Of a stretch of DNA of 64,000 nucleotides, positions 47,756 through 59,483 are shown piece by piece. Location: assembly GCA_026770705.1 (NCBI GenBank), contig JANJGN010000012.1, positions 133,858,001 to 133,922,000 of the forward strand, given 5' to 3'. Both the position numbers and the translations under genes were made by a program. The notes below the pieces were generated by a model. That model was not told the DNA's origin, searched no databases, and saw only the letters and a list, made by a program, of their open reading frames with translations. How positions within the stretch are numbered: position 1 is the stretch's first letter; every line of letters begins with the position of its first letter. This DNA is from Isurus oxyrinchus (taxonomy: Eukaryota).

Positions 47756-49036
47756 ATTGAATTGGAGGAGGGCTGTGAGACTGAACAAGTCAATAAACTC
47801 TCTCAGTAAAGGAAAGCTCTGTGTCTTGGCTTTAGCTTCACCAAGCAGCTTGGATCCTGTTCACATTTAGCATTAGCTGCCACTCCTCTCAACAGATATT
47901 GTGTCCTTTACAATATGGAGTAAATATTTGCTGCCTAATATCTAATGTGACCCAGAAACTCTGAGACCAGGAAGAAGCTTTAGTGTGGATTCTGGCACCT
48001 GCAATCTCCTGTCATGTGCATTATCCTTTTTGTATTGAAGTCAGGCAGAAAAGGACGTTAAGGGAGACGAAACTCAATTGTAAACCACCAAACTGGTTTA
48101 CTTTACATGAAATATATGAATAAATAAAATACAACTTCCACAGCACGGTTCCTCAAATTCCTATCACTTCACAGAAATGATAAAATGTATCTCTGCAAAA
48201 ACTCAGTTTCAGTCTAATGGCTCCTTAGCTAATTCAAGGAAGGTCCACCATGGAACTCATGCATTCATCTCTTGACAGGCTAGATTGAGCACTCTATTAC
48301 TGACAAAAGTACTTTTCTATTTTATTGACCTACTTGGTGGGAGAAGGGGGTTGTCACATTTTGCAGCATACTTGCAACTACTTTGGTCAAATGACCTGTT
48401 TCTACGGGAGGAGGTTTAACCTCCAAAAAAGGGTAGATTTGGGTCAGGTGGGATGTGAAAATCTAAAAAAAACCTCAAACCTGACCCCAACACACCCATT
48501 TTGCTTTAGTATAGGTGGGAAACCAACCAGCGGCTACAGGGAGGCAGAGCTGCTTCGTGGCAAAGGTGAGTGCCTTTACAGCACTGCTTGTGGGCCAGGA
48601 GAAGCACAATTGGACACCCACCGGGGCTGTATATCAAATCCCTCCCTACCAATCCACAACCCCCACTCAGCTGTAGGCTTCCTACTTGATCTAAGCCTGC
48701 AGCCCCCTGAGTATTGCCCACCTGACAGCAAGCAAAGTCTATCAGTCAGGTGGGCTTCCTCGCAATGAACTTGCGGGAAATAAAAACTGTACACTGTGAT
48801 GCTAAAACTGCACAGAATGTGGGAAACCCCTCCTTCCTGTCTTGCTCACAAAACCCATCCCATTAAATATCAAAATAAAATTAAAGAGTTATACATTAAC
48901 CATATTTCAGATATAGATGGGAACATGGGGGGAATACTGCTGGAAATATTTGTTCAATACTCAGTCAATTTGTTGCTATTGGAACAATGGAGGAAGGATT
49001 ACTGTGTCTGCTTCTGGGTAAAGTAAGGAAGCTGAT

Positions 49037-49586
49037 GGGCTGGATTTTGTGCGGCTGGTGGGGGTCTCACTCACTGATTGGAAAATCAGTGGGGAACCCT
49101 TGTCAATTATGTAGGGAGGTCAAGTGGAATCCATTGCCCTTCAGGCACTTAAGTGGCCACCTTTGGGCTTTCCTCATGATTGAGGTCTCCGGTGACAGAA
49201 GTCCCACCTGCCAATCAATGGAAGCAACAGTTGCTGTTGGCACTGCATCCAATAGAGGCCCAGGAACACCATGGGATCCCAGACCAAAGGTGAGTGAGGG
49301 TGGGATGGGTGTTGCAGGACTTGGGGTGAAGGGGGTTTGTAGTAAAGGCCAGAGAGATGGTTTTCAGCTGCTACCCCCTTCCTGATCCCAGGTCTCCTGA
49401 TCAGACACAGAATCTAATTTACATCCCGCTGCCATCAGCTGGGAATCCTGCATCATCCACTTCCACTCTCCAACTTAATCAGGGGAGGTTCTCCTGCCAC
49501 TGGGAGCTGACGTGAGGTCTCTCCTATGATTAGGAGGGCCTAGCCACCATGGTTCCCGCTGTGATGGGCTGCATACAATCCAGCTC
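49037..49586. mobile_element. Non-autonomous DNA transposon (Harbinger-type MITE)
   Basis: Imperfect terminal inverted repeats gggctggattttgtgcggc / gctgcatacaatccagctc; no clear target-site duplication. Confidence 0.55.
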
Positions 49587-49899
49587 TATATCTCTGGAAA
49601 ACTTTTGTATTACTCAAGTTTTTTTATCCTTAGTTTGATTTCATTTGCTTTCTTATCCTTTCTAATCCTTTCCTCTAAACCCTTTATCTTTGTCCTGCCT
49701 CTTACATTTTTTGTCTGCCTTGTAATTCGGAAATAATTGTTCTTTTTCCCAAAATTGATCCAATCTCCGACCTTCAATATTCAAAATACTTCCTATTTTG
49801 CTTACAGGAAATTATTTAACATGTATCCTTTTGATTTCCTGTTTTATATTCCCCCTTTTAACCTACGGTTCTATTTGCCAATTAATATTGACAAGGAAG

Positions 49900-50657
49900 T
49901 ATTCAATGAATGGCACGACACTAGGAAGTTCTGAGGAACAAAGGGACTTTGGTGTGTAAGCCCGTAGATCTCTGAAGGCGGAGGGGCATGTTAGTGGGGT
50001 GGTGAAAAAGGTATATGGGACACTTGTCTTTATCAATTGAGGTGTAGATTACAAAAGTAGGGAGGTCATGTTGGAATTGTACAGAACCTTGGTGAGGCCA
50101 CAGCTGGAGTACTGTGTGCAGTTCTGGTCACCACATTATAGGAAGGATGTGATTGCATTGGTGCTGGTGCAGAGGAGATTCACCAGAATGTTGCCTGGGA
50201 TGAAACATTTAAGTTATGAGGAGAGGTTGGATAGACTTGGGTTGTTTTCTTTGGAGCAGAGAAGACTGAGGGGCAACCTGATCGAGGTGTACAAGATTAT
50301 GAGGGGCATGGACAGGGTGGAAAGGGAGCAGCTGTTCCCCATACTTGAAGGGTCAGCCACAAGGGGACATAAGTTCAAGGTGAGGGGCAGGAGGTTTAAG
50401 GGGAATGTGAGGAAAAACTTTTTTACCCAGAGGGTGGTGACAGTCTGGAATGCACTGCCTGGGAGGGTGGTGGAGGCGGGTTGCCTCACATCCTTTAAAA
50501 TGTACCTGGATGTAGCACTTGGCACGTCATAACATTCAAGGCTATGGGTCAAGTGCTGGTAAATGGGATTAAGTAGGTAGGTCAGGGGTTTCTCACGTGT
50601 CAGTGCAGACTCAGTGGGCTGAAGGGCCTCTTCTGCACTGAGTAATTCTGTGATCTG
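49900..50657 (+). mobile_element. CR1 LINE 3' fragment
   Basis: ORF 50068-50532 MLELYRTLVRPQLEYCVQFWSPHYRKD...RKNFFTQRVVTVWNALP; tail ttctgtgatctgt. Confidence 0.93.
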
Positions 50658-52454
50658 TTTTTATCTTGCTTGCATTTTCCTAATCAAGTATCTTTGTCCT
50701 TATCTTTCACTTTCTGTTCTTACACTGTTTCCAATTATATTGTGATCACTCTTTTTCAAATACTCCCCTGCATTATGGTTATCAACCTGCTTCTCTTCTT
50801 CATCATGAAGCGGGTAAAGCAATCCTTCATTCCTTGTTGGAATAACAACAAACTGAACCAACCAACAACAAATAAAAATCCTCCTCCTTTTAGCCATCAA
50901 TGTTTCCCAAATCATGGTCTATTTTGGAATTATAACTCTATTATTAATCTACACTTTTTCAATTTTTCTATAAATAACATCCTCACCTTCTTTTCTAGAT
51001 AAATAAAACTGGAGTGTGATTTATGCAATCAATTTAGACCAGTGATAGTTTTTATGCCATTAAGCACACTCACTGATATTTAGTGTTTTGGACACTGAAG
51101 CAACAAATGATGCAACATCTGTGGTTGAACAGATTATCATGAATATTTTTATCTTAACAACAATTGTTGCACAAGGTCTTCATGGATTCAGGCATGGTGC
51201 CACTCCAGACATCACAAACATGATGACAATGTGCAATCCTCTCATACAATACCATCTGCAGAAGCATGAACATATCAATTGCGTAAAATGTGAGTCAATG
51301 TGTGAAGATTCTTTGTGGTGTGCTATATGCTGTATTTGTAGCTACCATACAAAACTCACCAGAACAGACTTATTTGAAAGCTATGAAAGATGAACCTGTT
51401 TGAAGATGGTTAGGGAGGATGGGCAATTTTTGGGGATATGATTAGTGATAGAGATAAAAAAGAATCATAGTAGCAAGCTCTATGTACCCCCCAAAAATAC
51501 ATGCAAATGCTGTTCTGAAAATGCAATTTGCAGCTCCCCAATTTTTAAAACAACTTGTAATTTCTATTTCCATCCTCAGTGGTGAAAGGGGGTGGCTGTG
51601 CCATTGGCAGATGCAAGGAGGCTGAGATCTTGTGAGGGACTATTCAACACCACAGCTTAATTTTCCTGACTCTGCACTGGCTCAGTGCCCATTCAAAACA
51701 CATCAGCAGAAACAACAACAACTTGTATTTATGTAGCTTAGGGAGGAAATTCCAAAGCTTAGGGCCTTAACTCCTGAAGGCAGTCACCAATGGTAGCAGG
51801 ATTTAAATCAGGAAAGCTCAAGGAGCTAAAATTAGAGGTGCGCAGAAATCATGGAGGGTTGTACAGAGAGGGGAGGTTACAGAGATTGGGGGGGGTGGTG
51901 GGGACAAAGGCATTGGACAAGCCAAATCTAGAAGTTACAAAGGCATTGACGAGGGCTTCAGCAGCTGCTGAGGAAGGGATGGAGTCAGGTGATGATCAGA
52001 GGTGGAAATAGGCAAACTCAGTTATGGTGTGGATATGGTGGCAGATTTGAAGGAAGTAGTACAATACTTGAAGACAGGGAACTGTTAACAAGATCAAATA
52101 ATATGGTAGCCATTAAGGGAATTTGGGTGGTTGACAGTTTTGTGGGAGTAGCTGGGGGAACTGTTTGGAGGGGGCAAGAGAGCTAGGAAAGAAACTCCTA
52201 GATATCGCCTGGACCAATATGGCGTTGGACACACTTCAAAGTGCATATGAGCACAGGACACAGCACTATGAAATTGGTGCTTCCCCAACACTCCCCCACC
52301 AAAAAACTAGTGTTGATGTTACTGAGGGGCAATATGTAGATGAGGTCAGAAGCTGGAAATATAGGAGGATTCAGATTATGTCAAGAAGGGTGCAATTACC
52401 CTGACCTGAGTCTGATGTAGGAGAAAGAGCAAAACAGAATCTAATTGAAGATGA

Positions 52455-52688
52455 AAACAAAAAAAACTGCGGATGCTGGAAATCCAAAACAAAAACAGAA
52501 TTACCTGGAAAAACTCAGCAGGTCTGGCAGCATCGGCGGAGAAGAAAAGAGTTGACGTTTCGAGTCCTCATGACCCTTCGACTGAGTTCTGTCGAAGGGT
52601 CATGAGGACTCGAAACGTTAACTCTTTTCTTCTCCGCCGATGCTGCCAGACCTGCTGAGTTTTTCCAGGTAATTCTGTTTTTGTTTTG
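52455..52688. mobile_element. 234-bp palindromic Penelope-derived mini-element (family A)
   Basis: 98-bp arms (52485-52582, 52591-52688) with one mismatch and an 8-nt spacer; tctaattgaagatga duplicated at 52440-52454 and 52689-52703. Confidence 0.92.
52584..52624 (+). ncRNA. Minimal type I hammerhead-like motif with a variant core
   Basis: GAGUU-CUGUCGA-A-GGGUC augag GACUC-GAAAC-GUU-AACUC: stem I, stem II and palindromic AACGUU present, but the core reads CUGU rather than CUGA. Confidence 0.45.
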
Positions 52689-54077
52689 TCTAATTGAAGA
52701 TGACTGTCCTCGTTCCGTAGCTCCCTAACTTCAACAATTTGCTTCCAGATGGGGCTTTGAGATGGGGTTCCAGGCTTGAAAAGATGTCCAAGTTATATTT
52801 TGAAAGATTCAGTACAACGATTCTGAAAAAGATTCTATGGTTTTGGACACCATTATTTTATATTTGGAAACATTTGAAAGTAGTATGCAAGTTAAACATT
52901 GTATTGCAAATAATCTGTGTATGTTCTTTGCTTGTGAGTGATTATAAATGTTATAAATAAATTTGACTTCTGTTTTAACCTCATAACCTGGTGATTCTGT
53001 ATTTTGAACAGGTAGGAGTGCCTGAGCAGCCTATGTAACCAATAATGTAAAATATCACAACAAATGTCTTTTTGATTATCAGAGACACAGCCCTATCATG
53101 AAAAGCTGCCTTTTCTGCAAACACAAAAATAGAAGAAAACCCCAATGATAAAACTCGACATAATGATTAAGTAATTAACTGAGCTTTCAATTTATTCGCA
53201 ATGATAATTAAGGTGACGTTCACCTTTAAAAGACACAAGAGAAAGAATATTCAGTACAGTAGCCAGGAATAGGAATCAGAATTCTGAAACTCTGTTTCGT
53301 TTAACATAATAATAAAAAAAACATAATCAGATTGCATTGATCCAGTCATTTTATCTTGACTCTGTTTGGTTTCTATATTTAATCAGAAATACATAGCCTT
53401 ATTTGTACAAATCAAGTGATTGCAGATCTCATCATTATACCCACACAGTGGCAGTATGTGTGACAGTCATTTCATGTGGAGGTGTTGGGGAGGGGTAGGA
53501 GGAGTCATTAGGAATAAAATCATCTAAGGCATCAACAGTTTGCTTATGTGGTTGCAAGCTAGAATGAATCCAGGTTTCATTCAGAGCTCTCTCTGGAATG
53601 CTGAGGTGGCTTCATTTCAAGTTCAATAGCGGCTGCGTGCAGGATCAACATCTTCATTTTTCTTTTCAGATCAGATTGACAGTGAATTAAAATTGAACAA
53701 ATCCACAGTTGGGACTAATACTGTTACCAGTTAACCTGGCAGTGAATATGATGATTTGATAGTTTGGTTTTATTTGTTTAATAACACGTTTACCATTAAC
53801 AAAATTGTATTTTTTTTAATGATGACCATGCAGGAGGAAGGGAGGGGACCAGTGATAGCGTAGTCACAATTTACACTTTATGCAAATCCAGTAGTATATT
53901 TACTGCCCAATTAATCATTTATCACATGTGCAGCACCATTTTTTGCACAAAGTGGTTGCAATGTGCACAAGTCACCTTCACAATTGCTTTGTTCAAACTC
54001 TAGATGGTGCTGCTGCATTCCTGAATTCTGTTACTGAGACTTAATTTCAAAAGGAAAAGCAGTTCACGCTCCAAAGA

Positions 54078-54290
54078 TATAAGCAAAATACTGCGGATGC
54101 TGGAAATCTGAAATAAAAACAGGAAGCGCTGGGAAAACTCAGCAAGTTTGGCCGCATCATTGGAGAGAGAATCAGAATTAATGTTTCCAGTCCAATATGA
54201 CTCATTGACTTTGACTCAAAACGTTAACTCTGATTCTCTCTCCATAGATGTTGCCAGACCTGCTGAGTGTTTCCAGTGCTTTGTTTTCAT
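54078..54290. mobile_element. Older palindromic Penelope-derived mini-element (family A)
   Basis: Diverged inverted arms of about 85 bp; ttcac[g/a]ctccaaaga duplicated at 54063-54077 and 54291-54305. Confidence 0.8.
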
Positions 54291-55372
54291 TTCACACTCC
54301 AAAGAGGTAGTTCACTTGTATAAATTCACCCCATACAAATCTGTGCAGCTATTCACAACTATAAGCAACGACCTATCAACATAATATATCCCCTCCTTCC
54401 TGGTATACATTTGGAAGGGGGTCAGGGGAGGGTAGAGGAAATGTTTTTAATTTTAATCTTGATCTATATTCTGAATCTCAGTCATCCATTTAAGCACATT
54501 TACTGCATGGTAAACACAAATCCAAACTAAGTTTGATAATCCAAAGTCTATCATATTTTAAATACAGTATAGGAATTCATTTTTATTAACATTTAGCATT
54601 TTTAAATTATTACATGCCATCTTTAAAAATAAAAATACATAAACTTTTCCATAATTTTTCTCACATTTTTTTCTCCCCTGTCACCTGGAGGCTATTTCCC
54701 ATCACGGATTGTCAAAATTTCTGCTTGCTCAAGAGAATTATTTGGAAGTGACAGCAAAGAAAGCAGCGACATAAAGGAGAGATGCTCCTTTCTCCTCATT
54801 AGACGCTTGACACCAGTCAATGTGGTCATGTGTTGACCTCTTCGAGCACAACCACTTCTAACACTAGGTTTTTTCATATATAACATATATATATCAAATA
54901 TATATATTTATATATATATTATATATATTTATATGGCTAATTCAAAACAATGGCATTTGATGACCATTTCAAATTCTTAAACATGTATAACTGAATAATT
55001 TCACTTGTTGGAAAGAAATAATCTTTTTATATACCAACAGACATTAGCAAAGTACAGTAAGGCATACACTTAGCGCCGTACTAATTAAACAGCAACCTGC
55101 CTTAAAACAGCAATCTAGGTCTTTCCTGAAGATGACCCACCAATTAGGGTTTCATCGAACTGGCCAATGTACCAGTATAACTTCTCCCCTCAGAAGGGCT
55201 GTTGCATTAGAAGGACTGGCTCGCTGTTCATGGTCATTAGAGATAACTTTCAAATGACGACTGACTTTCAGTAAAATTGATAGACGCTTCGAACTCCAAG
55301 GAGTAAATGATTCAGAAGAAGCGAATGACATTGGTCTTATCTTTAATTGCCCAGGCTGAAGGCTGGGATCTG

Positions 55373-55447
55373 TTAGCTTGTTTGTAGCTGGATAAAAGAT
55401 GCAGGGAAAAGACCTTTTCTGTGTGGCTGTCCATCTATGTAGCCATT
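55373..55447 (-). CDS. ASAP-family ArfGAP, last coding exon (end of SH3 domain)
   Basis: cttctggtag|AAT; reads NGYIDGQPHRKGLFPASFIQLQTS then TAA, similar to recalled ASAP1 IGHIEGQPERKGVFPVSFVHILSD; 75 nt. Confidence 0.9.
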   Translation of the reverse strand, partial: NGYIDGQPHRKGLFPASFIQLQTS

Positions 55448-58152
55448 CTACCAGAAGAGAAAAAAAAATGAATAGTCATTTAAATCAAGTCGAGTTGGAG
55501 AAAGTTGAGAATGCCCACTGTTTCCATTATTGAAACAGTGCAATGTAATATGCAAGGTGTGTCATTATTTCAAAGGATTTAGCTAATTAAAAATCCTCAA
55601 CATTGTGTCAGCTTAGTTCAGTACTCTCATCTCTAAGTCAGAATGTCGTGGGTTCAAAGCCCACTCCAGGACTTGAGCACACTGCTTGAATGCAGATCAG
55701 AATGAGTGCTGCATTGTTAGAGATGCTGGGGACAATTTTTGCCTACCGTTTTCTTGACAAAAAAAGGCAATCAACAGAGGAAAACCAGGTGGACACTTTG
55801 GACATCCCTTAACTGCCAAACGCCCGACTAATTCATCAAAAGGCTCTCTGTACCGTAATGACTTCATGACTAATTCAATTTTCAGGCAGGCTTTAAATGA
55901 ACACACTGCAATTCTGCTCAAAGCAGGAAGGAGTTCACATAAATATGCAACTTCATTGTAGGTTCATAATTACCAATTATCATGTACAAATGTGAAGAGC
56001 ATGCAACTGTGTACAATAGGTCGTTTGTACCAGGTTTGGAGCAATCTAAAAGACATACAGAAGCTGCTTCCAAAACAGCTTGGGGTTTTTTTTAGGGGAG
56101 AGTGGATTTGTGTGGGGCCCGTGAGGAACAAAATTACAGCAAGTCTATCCTCATCCTTCTGCTAGTCTATCCTCATCTTTGCACCCCAATCCAGATCACA
56201 TCTTCCTACCACTAGGCCTGACCTGCTGGCTGTGCAGAAGACAGCTGATTTCTGGCCTTCTGTGGCATGCTGCACCTGGGGAGCCATTTGCCAATTGCAC
56301 TTGCACTTAATTTCAGCTGAGGCCCAAACCTTAAAAGGGCTTTGAGACAAAGTTAAAAATTACACCTATTGTTTTTTGTTATTCATTATGGTCCCATCTG
56401 CCTGCTAAAATGGATGTAAAAGATCCCATTGCAATTTTTCTGAAGAATATCAGAGAACTTTTAAGGCTTTTTGGTCAAGTTTTCTGCCACTAACACAACC
56501 AAAGAAGATGAATTGGTCATACATCTCATTGCTTTTTTTTGTGGAATCTTGCTATGACAATATCTACAAAGCACCAGGACATGAAAAGCACTATATAACT
56601 GTGAACCTTTTTCTTATTTTAGCACCAGTTCCCTTCACTCATCTAATTATAGATTACTATATCCTTTGTGCTCTCTGCCCCATACCGTTTTTGGCCATCA
56701 CATCATTGCACTCTGGAAGATTCTCCCTCTACATCTTCATTTTGTTATCTTCCTCCCTTTCTTTAAACGCCTCTCGAAAATTTCCTTAACTTCTGCCTCA
56801 CTTCTTGCAAGATGTTCACTATTCCACCTGTAGAGTACTCTGAGGCATTTTGTTATATGATTGGTATCAAGTGGGTAACGGTTATGAATACAGTCAAAAT
56901 TAATCATAGATTTTACTGCTTTAGCTAATTCATAAAACTGGTTTGACAGCAAATTTTCCAGGTCACTAATCTGTTTCTAATCTATGAATCTGTCTAATAA
57001 GATTTTTTTTGCTAATTATATGCTGATTGGTTTGTTCACAGTATTTCTATTGCCTCATCACATCAAAGAACTTCCCACAACATCTCAGAATTACGTGGCA
57101 GTCACTCTTCACTAGCAACATGCCATAAGCAGCAAGGAATGACCAGTCAATCTTTGTTTAATGACACTGGTTGAGAGGAATTTTGATCAATACACTAAGA
57201 AAATTTCCTGCCGTTCTTTGAATTAGCATGGGAATGTCAACTTTCATCTGAAATGGCAGATGAACTTCAGTATTAAACAAAGAATATCTCTTCTGGCAAT
57301 GAAGCACTCTCAGTACCGCAGTTGACTATCAGCCTAGATTACATATTCAACTCTTGTTGTGGCACATGTACCTACAATTGTGATTCAGTGTAGCTATAAA
57401 CTGAGCTATATTGACATATTTATGATAGTAAAGATAAATTCATGCCCCATATGATTCCTTTATTATTCACAGCAGCTAGAATTATAAGTAATTATAGCAA
57501 AGTAAAGGACACTGCAATACTGAACATGCACTTTCTTTTGTCTCAGATGCAGCCCATTTCCAGCCACAGCACTCCACGTTTCCTGCAAAATAATTCTACT
57601 CCTGATGGTAATTGTGAGCAAATATAAGGTTTAGTTCTATGTTGCCAAGTGACCCTTGTGCCTGGGAATGAAGGGAAAGAAAACTTTGATATCTTGGAGG
57701 ATTGTGCTATTGATATTTAGTTTAGACAACAGACTGGGCACCAATTTGCATGCACCATATACTGCTCTGATCCCTATTATCCACTAAAATCTTAATGTTT
57801 AATGTGGGGCACCAACCTTGGCCCTGTGGAAATCACATTACCAGCTCAGAGGTCACGTACTTCATCTGCACTGAGCTTTAAATAATGCATGTCTCTCAAA
57901 TAGCATTCAAAACAAAAATGATTTAAAACATTAGGGATGCTATGGAACTACTCATTCTGATTTCACCTGAGTGACTATTTTCTGTCTTCTGCATTGCAAA
58001 TCAATGAAGGGGGTGAGAAAGGAATTATTATTCATTTCCGTGCAAAGTAATAAGTGCAACAAAGTAAAGAAAGCATTGGCACCAAACAGGCCGAGGGTTG
58101 ATGAATGCCTCCGTGTGGTAGCATAATCATAGATCATTAGATAGATACATAC

Positions 58153-58275
58153 CCACCACTCCTGATCTTCCTCTCCAATAACTACTATCACCTCTCCTTC
58201 CATGAATGTAAGTTCATCAGCATGATCTGCTGTACAATTGTAAATGGCTCTTCCTCTACGAATTCTGGGTTTTGT
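58153..58275 (-). CDS. ASAP-family ArfGAP, penultimate coding exon (SH3 domain)
   Basis: ttttacag|ACA...TGG|gtatgt; reads TKPRIRRGRAIYNCTADHADELTFMEGEVIVVIGEEDQEWW; DELTF.EG.VI.V.GEEDQEWW is the ASAP1/ASAP2 SH3 signature; 123 nt, phase 0. Confidence 0.92.
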
Positions 58276-58535
58276 CTGTAAAATAAATAATTAGGCATGA
58301 CGAGGCTTTAATTAACCAATTCTCTCTTTCTGCCTTTTACCTTTCTCTAAGCTGCACTGCTCTTCATCATCAGTTGGAGCCCACAGTATTGTCAAGTGAT
58401 AAGAACAGCAATGCAGCAGGGAGCGGCTGATTCATCTAAGTCCAGTTGATAAAGATAGAAGTGTTGACATTGATTTTAAAAAAATCCTACTTACCAAATC
58501 AAGGAATGATTAAAATAGAAACAGGAGTAGACCAT

Positions 58536-58724
58536 NNNNNNNNNNNNNNNNNNNNNNNNNNNNNNNNNNNNNNNNNNNNNNNNNNNNNNNNNNNNNNNNN
58601 NNNNNNNNNNNNNNNNNNNNNNNNNNNNNNNNNNNNNNNNNNNNNNNNNNNNNNNNNNNNNNNNNNNNNNNNNNNNNNNNNNNNNNNNNNNNNNNNNNNN
58701 NNNNNNNNNNNNNNNNNNNNNNNN
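58536..58724. other. Assembly gap (189 N)
   Basis: N run inside a CR1 tail fragment. Confidence 0.98.
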
Positions 58725-59483
58725 GCTGATCTCTACCTCAATTATATTTACCCATCTTTGATCCATGTCCCTTGATACCCTGAACTAACAAAAATCTATT
58801 GATATCATACTGCACACATCACCTCAGACTCTGATCCTGTCATACCTATTCAAATGTTTAACTCAACAGATACTGAAACCATAAATAAAATATGCTGGAA
58901 ATCTGAAATAAAAACAAAAAAATACTGGAAATACTCAACAGGTACGGCAGCATCTGTGAAGAGAGAAACTGTCAGTTCAATGACCTTTTATTAGAATTCT
59001 TGAAAGATGTGTAGCCCACATTTTTTCATTGTTTATTGAATTATTTCTATTAATTGACTCTAATTTATTATTTTTACCGAACATGTTTGAAAATCTCTTG
59101 GTCCTTTTTATTAAAAACCATAAATTAGAGTTCAGGTTGAAAAACAGAGCACCAGGGACCAGTTAAGTTCATACAGCAGTCTGGATTTCATCCACAGTCT
59201 CAAAACCTCAGTCCTAATATACCTGAGCTATGCTGAAATAACTAGTAGTGATTTCTTCTATATTTTGGGCCTGAGTGGTCAAGTTTTTGGGACTATGATA
59301 ATAAATGAAAAAAAATCTCTATTAGGATTATTATAACTGGCAATCCATGAGTATGCTGGCTAATTACCGGCCTTCTGTGTGCTGTAGCACGTTGTATATT
59401 GATTACTTAGTGCTAACCAGCATTATCAGCATAATCCTCCTGTATCAGATGCCCTGGAAAATATTTCTTAGTATTTAGGATCA

